In this document: piece after piece, positions 28,875-38,841 of the stretch
Layout: the number at the start of each line of letters is the position of its first letter
Numbering within the stretch: position 1 is the stretch's first letter
Origin: Acidimicrobiia bacterium
Lineage (GTDB): Bacteria; Actinomycetota; Acidimicrobiia; Acidimicrobiales; CATQHL01
DNA length: 64,000 nt
Direction: 5' to 3'
Assembly (NCBI GenBank): GCA_021296415.1
Contig: JAGWAL010000001.1
Location: forward strand, 16,720 to 80,719
The notes under the pieces: model-generated
The model's database searches: none
Told to the model about the DNA's origin: nothing
Seen by the model: the letters and a program-made list of their open reading frames with translations, nothing else
Position numbers and translations under genes: made by a program

Positions 28875-29935
28875 CGCGGCCGGCCCCGCGGCGGCTCGTC
28901 ACCCGCCTCGCTGCTGGCCTTGTCGTAGGCGTTGACGATGTCGGCGACGATGGGATGGCGCACGACGTCCCGGCTGGAGAGGTGGACGAAGCGCACCCCT
29001 TCGATCCCGCCCAGCAGGGTCTCCAGCCCGTCGAGCCCGCACCGCCCGCCGGGGACATCGACCTGCGTGACGTCGCCGGTGACGACGGCTCGAGAGTCGA
29101 ACCCGATACGGGTGAGGAACATCTTCATCTGCTCCGGCGTGGTGTTCTGCGCCTCGTCCAGGATGATGAAGCTGCGGTTCAACGTGCGGCCGCGCATGAA
29201 CGCCAGCGGGGCCACCTCGACGACCTCCTGCTCCAGCAGCCGCTGCACCCCGTTCATGTCCAGCATGTCGTAGAGGGCGTCGTAGAGCGGCCGCAGGTAC
29301 GGGTCGACCTTGGCCGCCACATCGCCGGGCAGGAATCCCAGTCGCTCGCCGGCCTCCACCGCCGGGCGGGTCAGGATGATGCGCTCGACCTCCTGGGCCT
29401 GCAGGGCGGCGATGCCCGAGGCGACCGCCAACCAGCTCTTGCCCGTGCCCGCGGGACCGATGGCGAAGGTCACGGTGGCCGAGCGGATTGCGTCCACGTA
29501 GGTCTTCTGCCCCCGTGATCGGGGTCGCACGGCCGCGCCGCGGGCGTGGCGCAGCACCTCGTCGCTCAGCACCTCGCTGGGGCTCTCGTCGGCGGCCACC
29601 AGGTCGATGACGTGCACGATCGCCCGCGAGTCCACGGGGTGGCCCTGCTGGACGAGCGTGATCAACTCCTCGAAGACCCGCGCCACGCTCCCCGCCTCGG
29701 AGCCGTTGAGGCTCACCTCGTTGCCGCGGACGTGGATGTCCGTCTGCGGGAAGGCCGCCTCGAGCAGGCGCAGGTGGCGGTCCGCCGGACCCAGCAGCCC
29801 GGGCAGCAGATGGTTGCCGGGGATCGTGACCCGAGCCCGGCTCACGGATTGCTCAGCCGCGGGCGCCAACGCTGGGATGAACCGGTGACGGGGTTCCCGC
29901 CAGTAGTTCCGAGCGGGCGCACGCAGATGCGCCAA
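28871..29935 (-). CDS. phoH: PhoH family ATPase
   Basis: Walker A is [31 protein letters not shown] and IILDEAQN are also present. Confidence 0.85.
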   Translation of the reverse strand: MAHLRAPARNYWREPRHRFIPALAPAAEQSVSRARVTIPGNHLLPGLLGPADRHLRLLEAAFPQTDIHVRGNEVSLNGSEAGSVARVFEELITLVQQGHPVDSRAIVHVIDLVAADESPSEVLSDEVLRHARGAAVRPRSRGQKTYVDAIRSATVTFAIGPAGTGKSWLAVASGIAALQAQEVERIILTRPAVEAGERLGFLPGDVAAKVDPYLRPLYDALYDMLDMNGVQRLLEQEVVEVAPLAFMRGRTLNRSFIILDEAQNTTPEQMKMFLTRIGFDSRAVVTGDVTQVDVPGGRCGLDGLETLLGGIEGVRFVHLSSRDVVRHPIVADIVNAYDKASSEAGDEPPRGRPR

Positions 29936-29958
29936 CCGTGTCGAGGTATGGCAAGCGA

Positions 29959-30240
29959 CTAGCTCTCCGTTGAGAGCTCTTCCTCGCCGGAACTACTCGA
30001 CTGCGCGGGAATCGGATCGGGATAGAGATGCTTGAGAGTCCCCGGCTCGACGCGGGATTGCTCGATGAAGACGTCGACGTCGCTCGCCTTGAAGCGGAAG
30101 ACGCGCCCGAATCGGTAAGCCGGAAGCTGCCCGATGTCGACGAAGCGATAGATCGTCCTCGTCGTGAGGCCGAGGCGTCGCGCCGTGTCTTCTGTGCTGA
30201 GCCAATCGATTTCCGACTCTACCATTTTCGTGATCCTCAC
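29959..30240 (-). CDS. Small helix-turn-helix DNA-binding protein (excisionase/MerR-like HTH)
   Basis: LSTEDTARRLGLTTRTIYRFVDIGQLPAYRFGRVFRFKASDVDVF is a typical HTH_17-type motif. The start may be the internal Met at 30225. Confidence 0.6.
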   Translation of the reverse strand: MRITKMVESEIDWLSTEDTARRLGLTTRTIYRFVDIGQLPAYRFGRVFRFKASDVDVFIEQSRVEPGTLKHLYPDPIPAQSSSSGEEELSTES

Positions 30241-30406
30241 CCTTCTCGAAGAGATTCAGCCCCGGTGTGCGTCAACGGCGGGAACACCGAGAACGGGCGG
30301 CCGGCGCATCTCGCAACAGGTCGCCCGTCATCCGTCTCCAGATATCAACAGGAAAATGATAGCCGACCAGGCGACATCAATGGCAAGGAAGCGGATTCGG
30401 CTGGGC

Positions 30407-31411
30407 TCAGAGGACGCCGATGGCGTCGTCCGACGTTGTGACGTCGAGCAGGATCTTGCCGAAGTTGGCGTTCGATTCCATGTAGCGATGCGCCTCGGCC
30501 ACGTCCTCGATCGAGAATCGCCGGTCGATCACCGGCCGGAGGCGCCCGGTCTCGAACAGCGGCAGGACCTCGTCGGCGAATCTGCGGCTGAGGGCGATCT
30601 TCTCCTCGGCGGGGCGCGCCCGCAGCACGGTGCCGACGAGGCGGGCACGCTTGGCCATGAGACGGCGGAGCGCGATCGTCGCCTCGCCGCTGCCCAGCAG
30701 TCCCACCTGCACGATGGTGCCGCACGTGCGCAGCGCCGCCAGGTTCCTGTTGAGTTGCTCCCCGCCGACCACGTCGAGCACCACATCGGCACCTCGACCG
30801 GCCGTCAGGTCGCGCACCGCCTCGACGAAGTCCTCGGAGCGGTAGTCCACGGCCAGGTCCGCCCCGAGTTCGCGGCAGCCGGCCGTCTTGGCCGCCGAGG
30901 CGGTGGCCACCACCGTCGCCCCCAGCGCCTTGGCGATCTGGATGCCGGCCGTCCCCACACCCGAGCCCCCGCCGTGGACGATCGCGGTGCGGCCGGAGGT
31001 GAGCCCTCCCTGCACGACGAGAGCGTCCCACGCGGTGATCCAGACTTCGGGGATCGCCGCCGCGTCGGCGAGGGCCATTCCCTGCGGCGGCCGCAGTGCC
31101 ATGCGCTCGTGCACGACGACCTGCTCGGCGTAGCCGCCACCGCCCAGCAGGCTCATCACCGGGTCACCGGGGGCGAAGGCGGTGACCCGATCACCGGCTC
31201 CGACCACGCGGCCGGCACACTCCAGACCGAGGATCTCCACGTCGGCCCGCGGGCCGGCATACATGCCGCGGCGCTGCAGGAGGTCGGCCCGGTTCAGGGC
31301 TGTGGCAACCACCGCAACGAGCAACTCGTCGGGTCCGGGCACCGGCGCCGGCACCTCAATGATCCGCAGCACCTCGGGACCACCGTGCTCGGTCAGGACG
31401 ACTGCACGCAC
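30407..31411 (-). CDS. qor: NAD(P)H:quinone oxidoreductase, MDR/zeta-crystallin family
   Basis: MRAVVLTEHGGPEVLRIIEVPAPVPGPDELLV and ALNRADLLQRRGMY match the family, and the nucleotide-binding motif is VHGGGSGVGTA. Confidence 0.8.
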   Translation of the reverse strand: MRAVVLTEHGGPEVLRIIEVPAPVPGPDELLVAVVATALNRADLLQRRGMYAGPRADVEILGLECAGRVVGAGDRVTAFAPGDPVMSLLGGGGYAEQVVVHERMALRPPQGMALADAAAIPEVWITAWDALVVQGGLTSGRTAIVHGGGSGVGTAGIQIAKALGATVVATASAAKTAGCRELGADLAVDYRSEDFVEAVRDLTAGRGADVVLDVVGGEQLNRNLAALRTCGTIVQVGLLGSGEATIALRRLMAKRARLVGTVLRARPAEEKIALSRRFADEVLPLFETGRLRPVIDRRFSIEDVAEAHRYMESNANFGKILLDVTTSDDAIGVL

Positions 31412-31448
31412 CCGCGCAACGCTACCCCGCCGGGATACGTCGCGGCCC

Positions 31449-32273
31449 CTATCCCGGCGGCTCCGGCCCGCCCGGACCGTCAGTCTCCCGTCCGTCGACC
31501 CGGATCAAACGGTGCAGCATGCGGACGGCGATCATCAGAAGGAGGCCCGCGAACAGGCCCGTCGACACCTGCGGGGAGATGATCCCCGCCAGCAGGGCAC
31601 CCCCGAACGCCGATGCCACGCCGCCGGCGCCGGTGAGCAGAGCCCCGCGCAGGTCGACGTTGCCGTGGCGCATGTTGCGCAGCGTCCCGACGACGGCGGT
31701 CGGCAGGATGACCAGCAGTGACGTCCCCTTGGCGGTGACGTCGGCGACCTCGAACAGCAGCACGAGCGCCGGGACGACGATGATGCCGCCGCCGATGCCG
31801 AGCAGACCGGCCAGCAGCCCGACGAGGAGGCCACAGCCGGCCAGGGCGAGACCGATCGCCGGTGTCAGCGAGAGCTCCCCCGTCCCGCCGGGCGGCCCCG
31901 CCAGCAGCCGGCCCGCCGTGACGCCCAGCAGTACCACGAAGGCCGCCTGGAGCGTCCGTAGCCTGATGCGGTTCAGCAGATCGGCGCCCGCCAGCACGCC
32001 CAGCCACGAACCCGAGAAGATCAGCAGCGCCGCCGGGACGTCGACCGAGCCGCTGAGCGCGTAGGCGGCGATCCCTGCGACGGCCAGCAACGCCGAGGTG
32101 GCGAGCGAGGTGCCGTGGGCGAGCCGTTGCGGCAGACCCCCGAGCAGCATGAGGCCGGGGGCGATGAGGATCCCGCCGCCGACGCCGAACAGCCCGGCGA
32201 TGAATCCGGCGACGACCCCGACCCCGGCGAGGAGCCACTTGTGCCGAGCGCCGTCGCCCGCGGCGTCGGTCAC
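31449..32273 (-). CDS. TauE/SafE (TSUP) family anion exporter
   Basis: The product has about 8 TM segments with the duplicated GxGGG pattern (GLFGVGGGILIAP, GLLGIGGGIIVVP). The start overlaps the stop of the upstream Fe-S gene. Confidence 0.8.
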   Translation of the reverse strand: MTDAAGDGARHKWLLAGVGVVAGFIAGLFGVGGGILIAPGLMLLGGLPQRLAHGTSLATSALLAVAGIAAYALSGSVDVPAALLIFSGSWLGVLAGADLLNRIRLRTLQAAFVVLLGVTAGRLLAGPPGGTGELSLTPAIGLALAGCGLLVGLLAGLLGIGGGIIVVPALVLLFEVADVTAKGTSLLVILPTAVVGTLRNMRHGNVDLRGALLTGAGGVASAFGGALLAGIISPQVSTGLFAGLLLMIAVRMLHRLIRVDGRETDGPGGPEPPG

Positions 32274-33193
32274 GCGGGTGCGTCCGCGTCCCGGATGGTC
32301 TCGGGATTCGAGGTGTCCGGACGACCGGGGCGCGCCCCGCCCGCGTACTCGAAACCGAATCGCCCCTTGATGCAGAGGTGCCCCGAGGTCACCTCGTGAT
32401 CGGCCGGCGAGGTCACCCGGAAGATCTGATCATCCTGGGTGTGGAGTTCCAGGTTGCAGCCGACGCCGCAGTAGGGGCAGACCGTCGTCGTGACCGCCTG
32501 TGCCCCGGGGTCGAACTGCCCCGAGCGCCGCAGGTCGAATTCCCGGGTGAAGATGAGCGCGCCCGTGGGGCAGACCCCGATGCAGTTGCCGCAGTAGACG
32601 CAGGCCGACTCCGGCAGTTCCACGTCGAACTCCGTGGAGATGCGCGCCTCGAAGCCGCGCCCCGCCACGGCGATTGCGAAGGTGTGCTGTGCCTCGGTCC
32701 CGCAGGCGTCGACGCACTTGTAGCAGAGCACGCAGCGGTCGTAGTCCCGCACGTACAACTCGTCGTGGCGCCGCACCGGCTCGGAGACCCGTGCCCGGTC
32801 GGCCCCGTGCCGCTGGGGATCGGCGCCGTATTCCTCGAGCCAGCGCAGGATGTCCGCCTCGGCGCGGGAAAGGTCCACGGAGGAGGCCAGGAGCTCCAGG
32901 ACCATCCGGCGCGAGGCCCGGACGCGCTCGGAGTCGGTGCTGATGACCATCCCCTCCGTCACGCGGCGGGAGCACGCCGGAACCAGGGTGCGGGCACCCT
33001 CCAGTTCCACGACGCAGACCCGGCAGGCGTTCACCGGCGTGATCGTCGGCGCCCAGCAGATCGTCGGCACCTCCAACCCCGCGGCCTGGCAGACGTCCAG
33101 GATCGTCGCCCCCTCGGGAGCCGACCGTTCGACGCCGTTGACTTGCACGTCCACCTTCCGGCGAGGGAGACCGACCGGAACCGGGGTGCTCAT
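32270..33193 (-). CDS. Formate dehydrogenase alpha subunit, N-terminal Fe-S portion only (2Fe-2S, His-4Fe-4S, 2x ferredoxin 4Fe-4S, MopB FS0 domain)
   Basis: The ATG at 33193 overlaps the stop of the NuoEF-like gene. Cluster motifs are CWAP...CRVC, CVLCYKCVDAC and CVYCGNCIGVCP. The sequence then reads CPYCGVGCNLELH...GHLCIKGRFGFEY. After that, 24 unrelated residues and a stop replace the molybdopterin domain. Confidence 0.8.
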   Translation of the reverse strand: MSTPVPVGLPRRKVDVQVNGVERSAPEGATILDVCQAAGLEVPTICWAPTITPVNACRVCVVELEGARTLVPACSRRVTEGMVISTDSERVRASRRMVLELLASSVDLSRAEADILRWLEEYGADPQRHGADRARVSEPVRRHDELYVRDYDRCVLCYKCVDACGTEAQHTFAIAVAGRGFEARISTEFDVELPESACVYCGNCIGVCPTGALIFTREFDLRRSGQFDPGAQAVTTTVCPYCGVGCNLELHTQDDQIFRVTSPADHEVTSGHLCIKGRFGFEYAGGARPGRPDTSNPETIRDADAPA

Positions 33194-34977
33194 CGGCCGG
33201 TCCCGTTGCCCGAGGACGCGGGCGCGCCGGCGATGAGCCCCAGACGCAGCGCCGAGGTGACCGCCGAGGCGGCGGTGTGCCCGAGCCCGCAGATGGAGGC
33301 GTCCCCCATGACGCCCGCCAGGTCTTCCAGGAGCTCGCCGTCGTCCGGCAGCGCCGAGCCGTTGCGCAGGCGCACGATCGTCTCGTGCTGGCGGACCGTT
33401 CCCACGCGGCACGGCACACACTGGCCGCAGGACTCGTCGCGGAAGAACGAGGTGATCCGCTCGACGATGTCGCCGATGTCCACCGAGCGGTCGAACACCG
33501 TGACCGAGCCGGACCCCAGGGTGAGGCCGGCCATCCGGGAGTCCTCGAATGTCAGCGGCAGGTCCGTGGCGTCGGGAGACACGAACATGCCGGCCGCGCC
33601 GCCGAGCAGCACCGCGCCACCGGCGCCCGGTGCGCCGGCGAGCGCCAGCAACTCGTCGAGCCGCGTCCCGAAAGGCACCTCGTAGACACCGGGGTTCGCC
33701 ACGCTCCCGGCGATCGAGAAGAGCTTCGTCCCGGGGCTCTCGGCCGTGCCGACCCGGCGAAAGGCCTCCGCCCCCGCGTTGAGGATGACCGTGACGTTGT
33801 GGAGGGTCTCGACGTTGTTCACGACCGTGGGCCGGCCGAACAAGCCGGCCTCCGTCGGGAACGGGGGCTTGGAGCGCGGCTCGCCGCGGTATCCCTCCAG
33901 CGAGTTGAACAGTGCCGTCTCCTCGCCGCAGATGTACGCCCCCGCCCCCCGCCGGACCTCGATGTCGAAGTCGAGGCCGCTGCCCGCCACGTCGGAGCCG
34001 AGAAGGCCCCGGTGGCGGGCCCGGTCGATGGCGTGCGCAACCCGCTCCTCGGCCTCGGGGTACTCACCTCTGATGTAGACGTAGCCCCGCGTGGCGCCGA
34101 CGGCCGCCGCGGCGATCGTCATCGATTCGACCAGGGCGTACGGATCGCCTTCCATCAGCACGCGGTCCTTGAACGTCCCGGGCTCGGACTCGTCGGCGTT
34201 GCAGACCACGTAGCGCTCCCGGCGCGCCGAAGCCGCCACCGCCCGCCATTTCACCCCGGTCGGGAAGGCCGCCCCTCCCCTACCGCGGAGCCCGGAATCG
34301 GCGATCTCGCGAAGAACCGCGTCCGGCCCGACCGCCAGCGCCGTCCGCAGGGCGCCATAGCCGCCGTGCGCCCGGTAGTCCTCCAGGCTGGCCGGATCCA
34401 CGACCCCAATACGCCCGGTGAGCCAGGCGGGGCCGGCGGCCAGCACGCGGGGCGAGGCGGGTTCGGTTCCCGCGGTGGCGAGAGCGTCGGCGACGGACCC
34501 CACTGCCCTCCAGCGAGCCGCCTCGGCCCCCGAGCGCTGCACGAACAGGGCAGGAGCCCGATCACACTGGCCGAGGCAGGGGCTGGGATGCACCCCGACC
34601 GATTCGCCGGCCGCGTGCGCGGCGTGCGCGGCGGCGGGATCCCGGTAGTCGGGATGGACGCGGCAGGCGATGTCGTCGCAGGCGTGGACGACGGTTGCGG
34701 GACCCGCCTCGGTGCGCAGCAGCGCGTAGAACGTGGCGACGCCGAACGCCTCGGCGCGCGGCACCTCGAGGCGCGCGCACAGCTCCCCCAGCGCCTCCGG
34801 GCTGATCCATCCCACCCCGTCCTGGAGCGCGTGCAGCGCCGGCAGCAGCAGGTGCCGGCGGTCGGGCCCGCGCCGGATCACCCGGGCATCGACGGTGTCG
34901 TGGCGAAGCCCGACAGCCGCGTCCAGGACACGCACCTCCGCCGGCGTCGGCGCGTCGAGGGACGATCTCGACTCCAT
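33190..34977 (-). CDS. NuoE-NuoF fusion flavoprotein (NAD-dependent formate dehydrogenase beta/gamma-like diaphorase)
   Basis: The N-terminal part is NuoE-like with 2Fe-2S ligands (HACDDIAC...CLGQC). The rest is NuoF-like (GRGGAAFPTGVKW, ESCGQCVPCR). Confidence 0.85.
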   Translation of the reverse strand: MESRSSLDAPTPAEVRVLDAAVGLRHDTVDARVIRRGPDRRHLLLPALHALQDGVGWISPEALGELCARLEVPRAEAFGVATFYALLRTEAGPATVVHACDDIACRVHPDYRDPAAAHAAHAAGESVGVHPSPCLGQCDRAPALFVQRSGAEAARWRAVGSVADALATAGTEPASPRVLAAGPAWLTGRIGVVDPASLEDYRAHGGYGALRTALAVGPDAVLREIADSGLRGRGGAAFPTGVKWRAVAASARRERYVVCNADESEPGTFKDRVLMEGDPYALVESMTIAAAAVGATRGYVYIRGEYPEAEERVAHAIDRARHRGLLGSDVAGSGLDFDIEVRRGAGAYICGEETALFNSLEGYRGEPRSKPPFPTEAGLFGRPTVVNNVETLHNVTVILNAGAEAFRRVGTAESPGTKLFSIAGSVANPGVYEVPFGTRLDELLALAGAPGAGGAVLLGGAAGMFVSPDATDLPLTFEDSRMAGLTLGSGSVTVFDRSVDIGDIVERITSFFRDESCGQCVPCRVGTVRQHETIVRLRNGSALPDDGELLEDLAGVMGDASICGLGHTAASAVTSALRLGLIAGAPASSGNGTGR

Positions 34978-35044
34978 CGTGCCAGCCTAGGAGTGCGGCT
35001 GAGTGTCGCAGAGTCGGCCCCGCGACGCCGCCCGGGAATCCCTC

Positions 35045-37429
35045 TCAGGCTGTCGAATGCGCGCGCAGTAGTTCGCGGAGGCGCGACGGGCTGAGGTTGG
35101 CCTGTGTGATCGGCACGCCAAGCGGCGCCAAGGCGTCGTGCACGGCCGCGGCGAGCGCCGCCGGCGTCACGATGATGGCCCCCTCGCCGGCACCGCGGAA
35201 GCCGCCGATCAACTCCGAGGGCGTCTCCCGGTGCACGATGCGCGGCCGAACCACATCACCGAAGGCGGGGATCATGTAGTCCAGGAGCGTCGAGGTCTGC
35301 GGCTGACCGTTCTCGTCGTAGTGGATCTCCTCGAAGAACGTCTGCCCCACCGCCTGCGCGACCGCGCCGTGGATCTGCCCGTCCAGCAGCACGCGGTCGA
35401 TCACGGTCCCGCAATCGTGCACGATGGTGAGGTCGCTCACCGTCACGACCCCGGTCGCCGGGTCGACCTCGACGACAGCGGCTGCGGCGGCCGTGGAATA
35501 GGTGGCGGCCACGTTGAGCTTGCCGCGCTCATCGGGGAAGGGGCTGGTGTTGCCCGGGTCGTAACCCACCACGACCGACAATCCCGGATCCATGCCCGGC
35601 GGAAGCAGGAAGGTGTGGAGATAGGCCGCGGCGGCGATCTGCCCGAACGGGATCGCCGCCTCCCCCAGGCGGAAGAAGCCGTCGCTCGCCTCGATCTGAT
35701 CGGCGGGCGCTTCCAGCAACCCGGCGGCGATGGCCGCCATCTTGTCGCGCACCTGCCGGGCCGCCTTGATGACCGCTCCACCGCCCATGACCGCCGAGCG
35801 GCTCCCCCACGTGCCGATGCCGTAGGGCAGCGCGGCGGTGTCACCGTCGCTCACCGCCACGTCGTCGGGGCTGATGCCCAGCACATCGGCGGCGACTTTG
35901 GCGTAGATGGTCTCGTGGCCCTGGCCCTGGGACTTGGTGCCGACGGCCACGTTGACCCTGCCGTCGGGCTGCACGGTCAGCATGGCCATCTCGTAGCCGC
36001 CGAAGCGTCCCGCGAGGGCATGGATGTTGGGCGCCGTTGGCTCGACCATCTGGGCGATGCCCACGCCGACGAGACGGCCTTCCGCCCGTGCCTCGTCGCG
36101 GGCCCCGCAGGCGGCGTCGTAGTCCGCTGCCTCCAGCAACTCCGAGAGTTGCTCATCGAAGCTGCCGGTGTCGAGGACCGCGCCGGTCGCCGTCACGTAG
36201 GGCCGGGGCTCGTCGGGGATCATGTTCCGCCGGCGCATCGTCACCGGGTCGATGTCGAGCCTCTCCCCCACCAGGTCCAGGACCCGCTCCATGAGGAAGA
36301 TGCCCTGCGGCTGGCCGTAGCCGCGGTAGCCGCCCATCGGGCACTTGTTGGTGGCCACGCAGCGCAACTCGAAGGCGTAGTCCTGCAGGTCGTAGCAGTT
36401 CGGCACGACGCCCGTGGTGACGATCGCCGGCGCGCAGCCCAGGATGTACAACTCCGGCGACCCGACGTCCACGACGAAGTTGGCACGCAGCCCCAGCACC
36501 CGGCCGTCATTGCGGTAGGCCACCTCCACCTCGTGGACCTGTTCGCGGGAGTGCAGGCCGGCGAGGAGGTTCTCCGTGCGGTCCTGCTGCCAGACCACGG
36601 GATGGCGCACCCGCATTGCGAGCACCGCCACCAGCGCCTCCTCGCGCATGAAGTGCGCCTTGTTCCCGAAGCCCCCTCCCATGTCCGGTGCGACGACGCG
36701 AATCTTGGCCTCGCTCAGCCCCGTTATGTCCGAGATCACCGTGCGCAGCGTGTGCGGGACCTGCGTCGACACGTGCATCTCCAGGCGTCCCGTCGACGGG
36801 TCGAACTCGCCGAGCGCGCCGTGGCCCTCCATTGGTAGGCCGGAGACGCGGTGATGCGTGAACCGCTCCCGGAGCTCCCCGTCGGCGTCGGCGAACGCCG
36901 CCTCGACGTCGCCATGGGCGCCCGGCATGTACAGGAAGACGTTGTCGCCCCAGTCCTCGTAGAGCAGCGGGGCCTCGGCCTCCAGACCGGCCTTGGCGTC
37001 GCTGACCGCCGGCAGCTCCTCGTAGTCCACCTCGATGAGTTCGAGGGCGTCCTCGGCGATGTAACGGCTGTCGGCCACGACGGCGGCGACCGGCTCGCCC
37101 ACGAACCGGGCCTTGTCGGTGGCGAGCACCGACCAGGTGATCTGGCGCAGCGTCGGGATCATGGGGAGGTGGTGGCTGAACTCTCCGGTGTCGGCCGCCA
37201 GCTCGGCGCCGGTGAACACCCCGATCACGCCGGGCACGGTCATGGCGCCCGAGACGTCCACGTCGCGGATCCGGGCGTGGGCCAGCGGGCTGCGCAGGAT
37301 GGCGATGTGCTTGAGGTCGGGTCGCTGGACGTCACCCAGATACTCCCCCCGGCCGCACAGCAGACGCGTGTCCTCGTGACGCCGCGTGCCGGTCTGCGCG
37401 GGCGCCCGGGGCGGGGCGGCAACGCTCAC
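35045..37429 (-). CDS. Xanthine dehydrogenase/CoxL-family molybdopterin subunit
   Basis: The GTG at 37429 overlaps the small-subunit stop (GTGA). The protein has a/b-hammerhead and MoCo-binding regions, including APDMGGGFGNK. The CO-dehydrogenase active-site loop was not seen. Confidence 0.85.
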   Translation of the reverse strand: MSVAAPPRAPAQTGTRRHEDTRLLCGRGEYLGDVQRPDLKHIAILRSPLAHARIRDVDVSGAMTVPGVIGVFTGAELAADTGEFSHHLPMIPTLRQITWSVLATDKARFVGEPVAAVVADSRYIAEDALELIEVDYEELPAVSDAKAGLEAEAPLLYEDWGDNVFLYMPGAHGDVEAAFADADGELRERFTHHRVSGLPMEGHGALGEFDPSTGRLEMHVSTQVPHTLRTVISDITGLSEAKIRVVAPDMGGGFGNKAHFMREEALVAVLAMRVRHPVVWQQDRTENLLAGLHSREQVHEVEVAYRNDGRVLGLRANFVVDVGSPELYILGCAPAIVTTGVVPNCYDLQDYAFELRCVATNKCPMGGYRGYGQPQGIFLMERVLDLVGERLDIDPVTMRRRNMIPDEPRPYVTATGAVLDTGSFDEQLSELLEAADYDAACGARDEARAEGRLVGVGIAQMVEPTAPNIHALAGRFGGYEMAMLTVQPDGRVNVAVGTKSQGQGHETIYAKVAADVLGISPDDVAVSDGDTAALPYGIGTWGSRSAVMGGGAVIKAARQVRDKMAAIAAGLLEAPADQIEASDGFFRLGEAAIPFGQIAAAAYLHTFLLPPGMDPGLSVVVGYDPGNTSPFPDERGKLNVAATYSTAAAAAVVEVDPATGVVTVSDLTIVHDCGTVIDRVLLDGQIHGAVAQAVGQTFFEEIHYDENGQPQTSTLLDYMIPAFGDVVRPRIVHRETPSELIGGFRGAGEGAIIVTPAALAAAVHDALAPLGVPITQANLSPSRLRELLRAHSTA

Positions 37430-37899
37430 GACGGAGCCTCCCCCGTCCCGGCGAGGGATTCCAGCGCGCTGACGATGTTGACGTAGCCGGTGCAGCGGCA
37501 GAGGTTGCCCGACATCCACTCCTCGATCCGATCCCGGCTGGGGTGCGGGTCCGTCTCGAACAGCTCCAGCGCCGTTAGGACCATGCCTGGGGTGCAGAAG
37601 CCGCACTGCAGGCCGTGGTGCTGCGACAGGGCCTGCTGGATGGGGTGCAGCGCCCCCGGCGAGCCGACCCCCTCGATGGTGCGCACCTCGGTGCCGCTCG
37701 CCTGAACGGTGAACATGAGACACGACCGCACGCCGCTGCCGTCCACCAGGACCGTGCAGGCGCCGCAGGCTCCCTGCTCGCAGCCGGCGTGCGCCCCCTT
37801 GGCGGCCAAGCGGTCCCGCAGGGTGTCCAGCAGCAACTCGCGCGGCTCGACGTCGACTTCGGCGGACTCACCATTGAGCGAGAACCGGACGGATGTCAT
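37426..37899 (-). CDS. CoxS-type [2Fe-2S] small subunit
   Basis: The two 2Fe-2S motifs are CEQGACGACTV, and CGFCTPG...CRCTGY. Confidence 0.9.
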   Translation of the reverse strand: MTSVRFSLNGESAEVDVEPRELLLDTLRDRLAAKGAHAGCEQGACGACTVLVDGSGVRSCLMFTVQASGTEVRTIEGVGSPGALHPIQQALSQHHGLQCGFCTPGMVLTALELFETDPHPSRDRIEEWMSGNLCRCTGYVNIVSALESLAGTGEAPS

Positions 37900-37950
37900 G
37901 CCCTGCCACTCCTCATTCCGAACCTCCTGTTCACGATCGGCCGGCGCCCC

Positions 37951-38841
37951 TCACCCGCCGGGGTCCCGGCGCGCCGCGCCCGCCTTCTGCCATGCCCTGC
38001 GCACGGCGTCGGCGGCGAGCACGGCGGCGAGATCGCGGCGGTAGTCCTTCGAACCGTGCACGTCGCCGGGAGGATCCGACGCCGCCGCCACTCGCTTCCC
38101 CAGTTCCCGGGCTGCGCCGTCGCCCAGTTCGGACTCGCCGAGCAGGAACTCCCCCGCCGCACTGAGATCCACCGGGGTCGGGCCGAGCCCGCATCCGGCG
38201 ATTCGCAGCGACTCGCAGGTCCCGGAGGCGTCACGATGGACGATGACGGCCACACCCGCGGTTGCGAAATCACCGTGGCGGCGGACGAACTCCGAGAAGG
38301 CGCCGCCGTCGCCGTCGGTGTGGGCGGGGACCTCGACCGCGGTCAGAAGTTCGGTCGGGTCGAGGCTCGTGGTGAAGGGTCCCGCGAACAACTCGGCGGC
38401 GGGAATGGCCCGCTCGCGTCCGGTGCCGCTGGCGATCACGCGCCCGTCCAGCGCCACGAGCAGCGCCGGCAACTCGGCCACGGGATCCGCATGAGCGATG
38501 CTGCCGCCGAGCGTGCCCCGATTGCGGATGTGCACATGACCGATGAGAGCGGCGGTCTCGGCAAAGATCGGTGCCTTCTGGTGCACCAGCGGGTCGGTCT
38601 CCAGGAAGCGATGGCGGCACATGGCGCCGAATCGCAGCGTGCCGTTGCGGCCCCCGAAACCCACCAGGTCCCGCACGCCGTTCACGTCCACGAGCAGCCT
38701 CGGGCGCGCCAGGCGCAGGTTCATCAGCGGCACCAGGCTCTGCCCGCCGGCCAGTATCCGGGCGTCCTCGGTCTGGGCAAGGGCCTCGGTGGCTTCGGCG
38801 ACCGACCGGACGGCGACGTAGTCGAACCGCGGGGGCTTCAT
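37951..38841 (-). CDS. CoxM-type FAD-binding medium subunit
   Basis: MKPPRFDYVAV...ILAGGQSLVPLMNLR matches FAD_binding_5. The ATG overlaps the stop of the upstream Rieske gene (38838-38841). Confidence 0.85.
   Translation of the reverse strand: MKPPRFDYVAVRSVAEATEALAQTEDARILAGGQSLVPLMNLRLARPRLLVDVNGVRDLVGFGGRNGTLRFGAMCRHRFLETDPLVHQKAPIFAETAALIGHVHIRNRGTLGGSIAHADPVAELPALLVALDGRVIASGTGRERAIPAAELFAGPFTTSLDPTELLTAVEVPAHTDGDGGAFSEFVRRHGDFATAGVAVIVHRDASGTCESLRIAGCGLGPTPVDLSAAGEFLLGESELGDGAARELGKRVAAASDPPGDVHGSKDYRRDLAAVLAADAVRRAWQKAGAARRDPGG

Noticed and set aside
29959-30240. The excisionase-type HTH gene as a marker of a prophage or integrative element
   Set aside because: No integrase, att-like repeat or phage gene is nearby. 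It sits in the conserved phoH-ybeY-era neighbourhood, so it is more likely a small chromosomal regulator.
32270-33193. Calling the Fe-S protein NuoG of respiratory complex I
   Set aside because: No other nuo genes are adjacent apart from the fused E/F. It ends with the MopB FS0 motif followed by GHLCIKGRFGFEY, as in FdhA/FdsA. The matching molybdopterin half lies in the same window.
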